In this document: positions 53,200 through 64,000 of the stretch, in pieces
Layout of the letters: every line of letters starts with the position of its first letter
Numbering within the stretch: position 1 is the first letter of the stretch
Source: Thalia democratica
Lineage: Eukaryota
NCBI GenBank assembly: GCA_965202585.1
Contig: OZ241832.1
Location: 65,534,001 to 65,598,000, forward strand
Direction of reading: 5' to 3'
DNA: 64,000 nucleotides
Made by a program: the position numbers and the translations under genes
The notes under the pieces: model-generated
Databases searched by the model: none
Told to the model about the DNA's origin: nothing
The model's input: the letters and a program-made list of their open reading frames with translations, nothing else

Positions 53200-53605
53200 C
53201 ATTCATCCAGGTCTTATAATAATATAATAGTAAATTTTTCTCTATAAAAAACTAGTGTATTAGCAAATGACATTTTTACTGAAGCTTGTTTGAAAAAGTT
53301 GATATAACTAATATCAGTTTATACGTCTTTCTACTAAATAGAAGAACGTTGTCTTTTCAAATTCACCATTCAAAAAACAACTATCAAGGCGGTTACACTG
53401 CAAAAAAGCAAGCTGAACGACAATTTTTGATTGTGGAATTTCGGAAGAAACTAACATAATTGGTGTTTGGGTCTACATAGCGGGCCAACTTGAAGAAAAT
53501 GGTTTCTTTAAACTCACCTTGTATGAAAACAACTGTATCTAGTTGGCTACATGGCGGTTGACAATTACACTCATCAAGAAGACTTCCATCATCATTTTTC
53601 ATCAA
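53200..53605 (-). pseudogene. Unidentified exon-like fragment with an internal protein repeat
   Basis: DECNCQPPCSQLDTVVFIQGEFKETIFFKLAR is followed (after a frameshift) by QCNRLDSCFLNGEFEKTTFFYLVEK. Short derivatives lie at ~6345-6420, 42950-43020 and 55140-55212. Confidence 0.4.
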
Positions 53606-54440
53606 GCAAATATGTTTTCGCGAAACACTTTTACAGAGTTTTAGATCAAAGTGTGCCTTGATTGTAATTTATTAGGGAAAAGTTATTATGCAGGCCCGTA
53701 TGTTTAATCACTCAATCTCTGCTCTTCATCAGAGTAATCCGCATAAAAACGTTTGCCAAGTTCTTTATCAGAAGTCAACATCCCTAAGTTCATTTTTATA
53801 TTTATATAAGTGCTGATGCGTGTTAATTTAGTGAGATTGTTACCAGTTATATGTACTGGACAATAGGTCATACATCTATTATTATTATTACTAGCAATTG
53901 TTTGATCTTTTAAATTATGTTATTATATAATTTTGTATACATACATGTAGTCTTTAATTCTTCCTCTCGATATATACCAAAGTTCATCTAAGGATATCAG
54001 GAAATAGTCATCTAACAGTATAGGATTACACTTAGTTGCGTAATCGGACAGTCTGTAAATCTATACTGTAAACTTACACCTCCCATTTTTTTTAATAATA
54101 TTCCAATTATTATTGACCAGTTGGATTAAATAAAAACATTTTTATTTTGGATTTCTTTGTCCTTTAACTCACTGAATTGCGCAGCACGGAAACCCAATTT
54201 TCTTTTACCAGTTATTAACATTTTAAGTTTCCTAATTTTTGCTTATATAATTTATCACCACTTTTTTACATGGGGTTGACAGATTAACATTTGTAATATA
54301 ACAGACATGAATACAGAAAAAATTTAGTAATTTATAACATACAGACTAACATTTACATTCTTAACAAATCATTTCATTCTTTTTTTGGAATATTTAGATA
54401 TCTTCTAACTTAATTTTTAAACTTCTAATTTTAGTCTAAA

Positions 54441-54794
54441 TATTTGATGATTCTTTCGAGAATCTTTTAGTAGCGTTTGTGGTTGCTATTGTATTTTGTA
54501 TTGTGTTCTTATTGTGTTCTATAAATTTTAACACACATTTAGGTATTTGTTCTTTGATTCTACTCCTGAAATTTTTTGAAGTTGGTCCAATACAGCTTCT
54601 TTCGCAGAAGCACTAGGATAAATTACTATTCAACTTTTTTTTTAAATTTGATATCGGATATGCGTTTTGTTAACCCAAACTGGCAGTATTGTATGCATAT
54701 AAATAGACTTTGATTCTTCCTCTAGGTATTACGGGTTCTTCATTCACGTTGTTTTTAAGTAGATCTTTGTTAATACTGAAGCCTAGTTTGACCT
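54441..54794 (-). mobile_element. hAT-tail/PLE-endonuclease chimera, copy 1
   Basis: Paralog of 58415-58930 and 59656-60180. Confidence 0.65.
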
Positions 54795-54829
54795 AACTTT
54801 TTTTTTTCTTTTTCCTGAATTAAAACAAG

Positions 54830-57800
54830 CTTAATTGAACATATTAAAAATTAACAGTCAATCTAAAAAACTAGTCAAATTTAAAAGTCTTTGGTAAAAG
54901 GAGAATCTCTGGATACTTTCTTATCCTGCATTTGATATCTTTTAGTTTATCAGGTCTTTCCTACTGAGTAGTGTTGATAACAATTTCAGTTACAGGAATT
55001 CTTGAAGCAAAAAAAAAATCCTACTAGATTTCTGCTGATCTAAAATTTTCAATGCATTAAGTTTAAATATATTTCATTGGCTCAAATAACCACATGGTCT
55101 TGATTACACTAAGACTTGAATGATTTATTTAATTCTACATCGCGGGCCAACTTAAAAAGAAAGTGGTCTTTTCGAACTCACCTTGTATGAAGGTAACTGT
55201 ATCCAGTTGGCACACGGAAAACTTATATACAAATAAACAAAAAATATACTGAAGTAAAACTCAAGCGTGAATGTCTTAAATAATGAGCTGAGATAAATTC
55301 TCTAAATTCATGTTGTCAAAGTAGGATGGCATATTGTTACATAGTTTTCTAATGTGCTAAACCTTTTCAACAACTGCTTTTTTGATATCGGGCAATCCAT
55401 TTTCACTGACCTTGTACTTAGGTTGTTGTACGTCCTTGGCTAATTTGGATAGCTTTGTATATTCGAATCGACCACAAAAACAACTATATTAAAGGCTGAC
55501 ACTGTCACATCTCAAGAAGATATTATTCTTCATTTTTCATCAATCTAATATAACGCTAACTACATGTAATTTTTTCAAACTGAAAAATTTTTAACCATTA
55601 TTGCTGAAAACTTGATATTTTGCCAATATTACATTTGCTTTAATAAACTCTCTGTCAGACATTTAATGCCCTTGTCGCTTTGACACATGATTTTTTTCAT
55701 CATACTGCAATGTCCTCATTACTAAAGATTTTCTGCACTCCGAAGGCCTTTGTCTCTAGGCAGTTCCTTTCTCCTTTTTTTATTCATCTATGTTCTATAT
55801 TTTGGTATTACATTAAATTAAACAAAATTTGTAGATTTCAGATAATTATTGAAAGGACATAATCTCCAAAATCTTTCCAAACAAACGAGCTTCTTGTTAC
55901 TATCCACCGCTTTGACAAAAGTTTAGTAAATTATTACTAAAATATTCTAACTGGCTCCCTTTTCAATATATAGACTATCCATGATTTAGGGATCAATTCA
56001 ACTTGATTTTAACAGTTATTTTTTCATCTATACAAATGTACAATTACTAATGTGGTCAGATACAGCTGTTTTACCCTTAAGATGTTCTTTGACTCTTTCT
56101 ATCAGTGGTCTTGATGTAAATCCAATGTATTGGATGCTCTTGTCCTTAGAGCATTTATATTCATAAACCACATTGGATTTCAATTCGTCAGGTGTTTTGT
56201 CCTTGTTGCTGAAGTAGTTACCAATTTTGAATGTGGTAAAAATAACTTTGAAGTCTTCAATATAATTGTTTTATAGTTTCTAGTTTCTTTTTATATTCAG
56301 TACTTGGCTTTCCAATGTAAGGTACTTTCATGATGATTTTGAAGTTTGAACTATTAAGTTTCTTATAAGTGCACTCCTTACTGTTGTTAAAGCAAGAAAT
56401 CACAAACTTAAAAGAAAAGTTCATAAAAAATGGTTATCCAAAGAAATTTGTTGACCACGCAATTGAAAGAACTATTAACAACACAACTTTTGTGAGATGG
56501 ATAAATTGGGAGCACGGTTTGCTTCGAGCTCTTGCTTGAGCACAAAACAAACAAGCTTCACATTACTATCCACCGCTTTTACAAAATGATTTCCTTCAGT
56601 TCTGACTTCTTCATTGAATTTGAAAATGTTTTCAGGTTTGTCTAAAATCTTTGGATTCAAAATATTTTTTTTGGAGGAAGTTAAAAAGTCCTCTCCAAAA
56701 TCTTTCCACTTTTGCTCCTCAAATGTGGTCACCTCTTTACATTAATATTTCTTCTACAACATTACTAACAAATCTTGCCGTGCTATCATCCATTGTCAGT
56801 TTTAAAATATTTTGTTTTATTTCAGCAAACGAAAATAAACTTTCTGAGAACATAAAGTTTTAAGTTCGCGCTTTAAAGCAATTTTACTTGAAACTAAATA
56901 ACATTTAAAACTAAATAAAAGATCAGCAGTGCAACTTATCATGTCAATAAATTGATCTTCTCTAAAAATGATAACAGACAGTAAGTTTGTTGACTTTAGA
57001 TAAATGATCTTTAAATAAATAAAATTTTGTACAAAACCGTCGCCTAGTTTTTAAAAAATGTTTTCTACATCATTTGCTTGGTTCTGTTCTTTATATCCTG
57101 TTACCCAAGATCGAGTCTGTACTTAGCGTTTTTCATTTTTTTGCTTTTCAATCCTGAGTCACCAAGTATGTTTTTTTCTTTCTCTTAATGTTAAAAGTTA
57201 TATTTACTTTTTTTAAAGATAATAAATCTACCCTTATCCTTTAAAATTTTTTAGGCTGTTCTCCTTTATGTTGGAAATTGTTTATCCTGGATTTTTTCAT
57301 TCCGATTAGCATGTCTATTACATAAATCGCTTGTTCTATTGCGGTCTGTTTTTTGCTGCACAATCTTGCCATTAACAATGACAACAGGATTTTCTGTCAC
57401 ACTATTTCGGGCTTATTGCAAGTTGGAAGATTAACTTGTCGGAAGGTTGACGGGAAATATTCAGTTTAATAGATTTTACCCAAATTAACAGTTTAATCCC
57501 AATACGAGATCAGATTTGCCTTTGAAAAGTTTTGGTACTTCCACTGAAATTTCTGCTGGATTTTGCCTGCCAATGATGCCAATGAGACTTTTTACATCTT
57601 GATCGGGATTTCTCTCCTTTAAGACTTCCTCACTATTTCTATATATTTATTTCCCTCTATTACGTTTATATTGCTAACATCACAAAATACAAGGTTGGAA
57701 TATGGTTATTGTAAAACAATAGTAAACAAATTATTAACAAATAAAAGCCTGTATAATCCTAACTTTTATTTTTTCAATATATCGTAATTTACATTTATAA

Positions 57801-58200
57801 AATCTTTATAATTATACAGTCAAAAATTTAGATCAAAAAACATTAACCACCCCCCTATGGCCTTAATTTTCTATTCTTCCTATTTTAGTCATCCATTTGT
57901 ATAGCAAGACTACCTTATTTTTATCCCTTGTATTTGGTGATTTCAACCAATTTTTTACAAACGAGTAGCTTAAATCTTCGTCTGAATTTTCCTCAGATTT
58001 TTTATAATGGTTCAAAATCTCGATGCTTTTTTTCGACCATGAGTTTGATCCTTTCCACAACATCATGTACACTTTGGCCAAACAGAAGCAACATCACTGA
58101 AATTGTTTCTATCTTCCTCGTCAATTGCAAACTTCAGCACCTTTTTCGCTCCACCCCTGCTCCTAGTATTGCCTCTAGAAGCAACCTCTTTTTGTAAACC
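54830..58200 (-). repeat. Near-complete extra inverted copy of the left-arm mosaic ~3600-6760
   Basis: Same segment order as 42620-49930 but without the LTR insertion. Confidence 0.85.
56015..56340 (-). mobile_element. Penelope-like GIY-YIG endonuclease fragment
   Basis: Direct paralog of 47480-47810 (SNVVYEYKC..QYIGFTSRPLIERVKEH). Confidence 0.8.
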
Positions 58201-58414
58201 CTGATATTTTGCCAATGTTACTTTTTAATAAAATAGCTTTTTACTAATTGAACTTTCATGTTCTAAAATTTTTCTACTACAACAAACCTGCTATTACTCC
58301 CCGCTTGAAAAGTCTTTCGAGGACTTTTGTGTGATGAATTGGGAGCACGGTTTGCTTCGAGCTCTTGCTTGAGTACAAAACAAACGAGCTTCCCATTACT
58401 ATCCACCGCTTTGA

Positions 58415-58930
58415 CTGGGTATCATTAAAATTCAAGGAATAAAATAGTTTTTGTTTAAATTTTTCCAGCAAACTTAAATGTGACTTTTGAACTTCATATT
58501 ATTCATTTATATTCATACTTTTTGAACATTGTAATTGCATTTAATATTAGATATTTGATGATCTCTCGACAATCTTAATTAATTATAAATGTTCAGCTAC
58601 TGAGGATATTTTAGTAGCTTTTGTGGTTGTTATTGTCTTAATTTCAGATTTTTCTTCAATAAATTTCAACACACATATAGGTATATGTTCTTTCATCCTA
58701 GTTCTGAAATTTCTAGAAGTTAGTCCGATGTAGCTTCTTTCACAAAAGCACTTGAATTTACTACTTAAATTTTTTAATTGGATATCGGATATGCATTTTA
58801 TCTGCCTCAAGCGGGCATTGTTTTTTGAATACATTAATCTTTTATTCTTCTCATCGGTATTACGGGTTCTTCTTTCATATTGTTTTCAAATAGATCTTTG
58901 TTAATACTAAACCCTTGTTCGACCTCAGAC
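58415..58930 (-). mobile_element. hAT-tail/PLE-endonuclease chimera, copy 2
   Basis: GFSINKDLFENNMKEEPVIP is joined to FKCFCERSYIGLTSRNFRTRMKEHIPICV. Confidence 0.7.
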
Positions 58931-59655
58931 TTGCTGGCCTGCAGTAATAAATCTTTGAGCTAGTTTTGCTCAAAACAAAAAATATTTCTTAACTTGAAAT
59001 ATGTCAGCTCACTTAACATCATCGTCGTTGAATTCCTGCAGTGTTTTAATATAGTGAGCTTGTTAACACTTATATGTACTTGATACTAGATCATGGATCT
59101 ATTATTAATATCGCTAGTAATTATTTGACCTTATAAATTATTACTCATATCACTCTTTAGGTGGTAGGTGACAACATACTTTTTACTTTTGTAGTCCCAC
59201 TGACCGCAATCATCATATAACTTAAGCTTTTTGAACTTATGTAGTTTTGCATGTCAGCTACAAATTTAATGTTGTTTTTCAATATTTTTGCCACACATCC
59301 ATACACTGCCTTACAATTTTTTTACATAAAATAAAAGTCTTTATTCTTAAAAACTTTTATGAGGCTTTAAATGCAAATTTTGATCAGGACTATCAGTTTT
59401 CCGCATATATCATAACTTATTATTTCCTTCATCATGTTTAAAAATTACTTTTTCACTAAACACTACTATTATTACCTAAATTATTCTTTTTATTACTCAA
59501 TTCATTTAAGACCTTTCCTTTTTTTATTTACAATTATTATCTTCTACAAAGACTTTTTTTCAAAAGTTTCAGCTCTTTCTTTAGTACTTAAACTTTCCTC
59601 CCCAGAAACAAAAATAATATAACCTACTTAATTCTTTAAACTAGAAAACTTAGTA

Positions 59656-60180
59656 GGGTATCCAGTAAATGGGAGAAAATAATTTTGTTTAAAGTTTTCC
59701 AGCCAACTTAAATGTGACTTATGAACTTCATATTTTTCATTAAAATTCATACTTTTGAACATTGTAATTGCATTTAATATTAGATATTTGATGATTCTTT
59801 TCACAATCTTTATTATTTGTTAATTTTTCAGCTACAATATCTTTTAGCAGCGTTTGTGGTTGCTTTTATCATAATTTCAAATTTTTATTCTATAAATTTC
59901 AACACACATATAGGTAAATGTTCTTTCATCCTAGTTCTGAAATTTCTAGAAGTTTGTCTGATATAGCTTCTTTCACAGTAGCACTTGAACAAATGTAATT
60001 TTTTTTTAATTGGGTATCGGATATGCATTTTATCTACCCCCAACGGGTAGTATTTGTATGAATACATCAATCTTTTATTCTTTTCATCGGTATTACGGGT
60101 TCTTCTTTCATATTGTTTTCAAATAGATCTTTGTTAATGCTAAACCCTCTTGCGACCTCAGCCTGGCCATTGTGCAACTC
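59656..60180 (-). mobile_element. hAT-tail/PLE-endonuclease chimera, copy 3
   Basis: ELHNGQAEVARGFSINKDLFENNMKEEPVIP is joined to FKCYCERSYIRQTSRNFRTRMKEHLP. Confidence 0.7.
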
Positions 60181-62723
60181 AAATAATGATTGCAACAACT
60201 TTCCGAGGAAGATTCGGCAGGAACTTTTAATGTTTCAAAGTAAAATTGGTCCAAATGATCATCACTACGCTTGAAGCTCTAGAACTTAATTTATTCATTG
60301 GACATATAAGCTAAGTTCTAAATTGTTCAATGCAAGCATCACCTTCATAATTAGAGCATTTTTGCTTTGTTTTAGAGTGCACAATATTGGCAAAATGCTT
60401 AACTACAATTGTAAATCCTAACTTTTCAATACTATGGGGTTTGAATCATGTTTTTACGAATATACTCCTAATAGTTGAGTCGTGTTATTAATTTAAATAA
60501 GGGAAAACAGTTAAACATTTTTTTAACTAATTTAATATAGGTTTGTTTCTAAGTATGTTACCAAATCTTCAATTTAGTTCAATCTTAAACTAATAACTTT
60601 TTAACTGCAGTAGTTATAGTGACTAACAATTAAGGCCTAATACGATCGTTTCAAGAGATTCTACATAGAATTTATAGTCAACTTTAAGTGGCTCTAGTTT
60701 GGCAACGATCGAAGCAAAAATTCTGTCGATCTATAATTTTGTTTCTGGATAAGCTATGGTGTCCTGGGAATTATCCTCACCTGTTGATTCAAGAAAGAAA
60801 GCTTGAGCTCTTGCTTGAGCACAAAACAAACAAGCTTCCCATTACTATCCACCGCTTTGACAAAATGATTTCCTTCACTTCTGACTTCTTCATTGAACTA
60901 TTCAGCTTGCTGGCAAAGAAGCCACCAGGATTTAAAGAACTTTCTGTTTCATTATGCCTTTTTGAAGCAATTTCTTGCCGATCAAAAACAATTTATACAA
61001 TCTTTTGAGCGATATATTGTGAGCACAGTTTGCTTCGAGCTCTTGCTTGAGCACATAACAAACGAGCTTCTCATTACTATCCACCGCTTTGACAAAATGA
61101 TTTCCTTCACTTCTGACTTCTTCACTGAAGTTGAAAGTGTTTTCAGGTTCGTCTAAAATCTTTAAATCCAAAATATTTTTTTTTCGGAGGAAGTTTGAAA
61201 GTCCTCTCTAAAATTTCACACAGGCTAACTAATTTAGTATGTGAAAATCATTAAATTACAGCATGAAACAAGCCTCAAGTAACATATTTTAAAAGACTGG
61301 TCATATTTGTTTTCGGTGTGGTACTTTCAGATACTCCATTTGTAATCATGTGTAATGTCTCTTGAAATTTTGAACATATAAATAAAATTTTAAGGAATAG
61401 TATAAATCAACTGGTAGTTAAGTTGATAATTTTAGAAATAAGACTAACATTTAAGTTGGTGTTTTCTTTTTAACTTGACCATATTTCTCTTTTCCTACCT
61501 TTCTGCGTTTAATTGCTCGTGGTTATCTTCAGCATCTTGCTCAACTCATTTTCAAACCCTTCGTTTTTATAAAAAGATAAGCGGTTTTAACACTGTTCAC
61601 TGGAATAAATGGAGAATTAATTTTATACAATCTAAGTTTTCGTATATCAAAAACTGGTGTATTAACAAATGGACTTGTACTCTCTTGATGAAACTCTAAC
61701 CATTCAACTATGAATAACCTCAAAATCAGTATGTATTTTGTCAAATAACTTTTTAATTATATTTTATACAGACTTCTGCTGCATCTGTTGATTTAGAAAT
61801 ATTTATAATAACATAATTGTTCTTGTAACTTGTAAATGTATCTACAGTAATTTAAAAAAATTATGCGCATTTTTAGATGATCCTTACGCTTTGCCCACCT
61901 TCGATCACCAAAGTATGTCAATCTCTTACTTTTGTTTCTGGATCAGCTATGGTGTTCTGGAAATTGTCAGTTAGTTCAAGAAAGAAGGAATAGCCTCAGT
62001 AACAGCTATTTTATAGGCTTAACATAAAAACGGGTTTATAAAAAAATGTTGATTAAAAAATAAAATATAAATTGATAAATTAGTCAACTTATTATTCAAC
62101 CTAATAACCTTTTCTTTTAATTTTTTAAAGTGTAAAAGTTGAAAAACCTAAACTAACCAATAATTTGTTGAAAAATTTTCTGATTCTTCAACTTCCTGTT
62201 GAAATCTATTTATTTTTGTGGTCATTGAAGCTAATCTGTACATAAGTGATTGCAATATTTACCGTTTTTCTATATTGCATCATAAACGAGTGGTCTTAAC
62301 CTTTTTAAATGTTGTGCAGGTTTAATTACAAAGGAAAAATATAAAGTAATTTCGAAAAAGCATTTATAAGTTATTTTGAGGTCTTATTGTATAAATTATT
62401 TGTAGTAAGCTGCAATTTATTATATCTGTAGCACATGGTAAAAGCAATTGATATTTAGTAGTGCAACTCCTTTTTATACTTAATTTCAATTAAATACAGT
62501 TATTAAAGTACAAATACTTATTCATTAACTTAATATACCGATGTTGAAAAACAACTCTTTCTTTTTGTTTAAGAAGGCAGTCAATCAATCTTTGCTTTTC
62601 ATCAGAGTAATCCGCAAAAAACATTTACCGGTATCTTTTTGAACTGACATTTTAGTTCTCTGTTTAATATTCAGAAACAAAAGATCTTTTTCCTGCGCTC
62701 ACTTAGGTTTGTTGACAAATCAG

Positions 62724-63130
62724 ACGACATCGCTTTTGAACGAAATTCTTAGCAAACTCCCCAGAGACTTCAATTTGGAAGTTGAAGTAATGCCAAGTCA
62801 TGTACGAATCATGAACACCATTCAAATGTAGAAGAAATGAAAGATTTAACCAGTTAGTTACTTTCTAAATTGTTTAAATTTATATAGTATTATTAATTAA
62901 AATATCATTTAGGTTTTAATAATTTGAAAAAATTTACAGTTTGCTGCGATTAATAAACCTGAGGAAGGCGATCAGAGGTTTGGTCGTCATGAACAGCGAG
63001 TTGGAAGCCCTGATTGGAAAGTTTCATAATAGGGAAATCACCCGGTGTGTGGATGAAGCGCTCCTATCCCAACTTGAAACCGCGGGGAAGCTACATCACC
63101 AATTTCCTTGCCCGGCTCAAATTTCTACAG
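62724..63130 (+). pseudogene. DNAH: Axonemal dynein heavy chain two-exon fragment (DNAH3/7/12-type), inverted paralog of 781-1345
   Basis: EILSKLPRDFNLEV...RFN, then an 87-bp GT..AG AT-rich intron (62853-62939), then LLRLINLRKAIRGLVVMNSELEAL and, after a frameshift, IGKSPGVWMKRSYPNLKPRGSYITNFLARLKFLQ with a GT donor at 63131. Confidence 0.9.
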
Positions 63131-64000
63131 GTAAATTTATGTATGCTATGATTTTTTTTTCTCAAGGTAATATATATATGTATGAAACCCACAGGGTTGA
63201 TACGACCAGGGTAAGTCGAAAATTTTTTGGATATTCAGCTTTGTTTACAAATTTTACTTAAAACTTTTAGGTAAATTGATGGTATGTTTTGTTTTCATAT
63301 CTAATTAATATCATAAATCACATAACAACACACATTTATTGTGGTAAAACAAAAAATTGTTTTCATTCATTTTTAATTCAATACAATTAAATTCTAACAG
63401 GAGTGATTTGGTCAAGTTCCTGAAGTTTTGTTCGAATATCTTCCACTAATCTCTTGACGACTGAACAAACCACTGTGAACGTTTTTACATTTTAACTGTA
63501 ATTTTATTTCATTCGTATCGAATCTGTGAATCTATATAAACTGTGAGCACACTGAATTGTTGTTTTATTTCACCAGCATAGCTACTAAGAATAAGATGGA
63601 AATTATTGATTGTCATTGAAAAATTGGCCTACTTAAGTCGGTATTAATTAAAAAGCAATTCATTATGATTAACGCTTATTTCAGGAAAATTTAAATAGTA
63701 TCTTGTTAGAATTAGTCTTCAATTTAAAAAATAGACTTTAAAAACTTATACTGACCAGAGTTATATAGTTCCTATAAATGACATTAACTGCTTTTTCTAG
63801 GTAAGTAATATATGTAGATAAGTCTATTGCAGGTTTCCAGTAAATTTCATGAGCAAATTAGTTCAGCAGCAAATAGTTTCACAACTTCATTAGATTACTT
63901 ACTTATAAAAGAGTGTTACATGGTATACTTGAAACGTTTTTAAAGCGCCATTTGTTTAAATAAAGTTAGAGAATATAAGTTTTGCAATAAACTGAAATAT

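Noticed and set aside
53725-53750. CTGATGA on the minus strand (also at ~62598-62612) as a hammerhead core
   Set aside because: There is no paired stem II, GAAA or closing stem I. It reads as protein (YADYSDEEQ).

Overview
Very AT-rich animal genomic DNA. The transposon set and composition suggest Hydra or another cnidarian, but that is inference. No intact host gene is recognisable. There are three layers. (1) Two diverged inverted arms: a left arm at about 0.7-12.2 kb and a right arm at about 37-63.6 kb, the right one internally re-duplicated 2-3 times. The arms are a mosaic of Penelope-like (PLE), hAT-like, Kolobok-like and MULE fragments plus captured exon pieces, including GC3-rich axonemal dynein heavy-chain and protein-kinase fragments. 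(2) A ~25 kb non-coding spacer holding about 10 same-strand copies of a multi-box cassette: ACCGCTTA..GCGGT hairpin, then 110-124 bp, then TGACGTCA, TTGCGACA, TATAAA and ATRTCG. It looks like a conserved Pol II promoter array with no ORF and is the best candidate for an undescribed system. (3) Later insertions: a PLE with a twin-priming-type 5' inversion, five hammerhead ribozyme motifs around (TA)n runs, a complete non-autonomous LTR element with TSD, PBS and PPT, a TTAA-flanked MITE, a CR1 3' end, and a MULE fragment whose catalytic segment is tandemly amplified. All alignments were done by eye, so boundaries are approximate unless exact termini are quoted.
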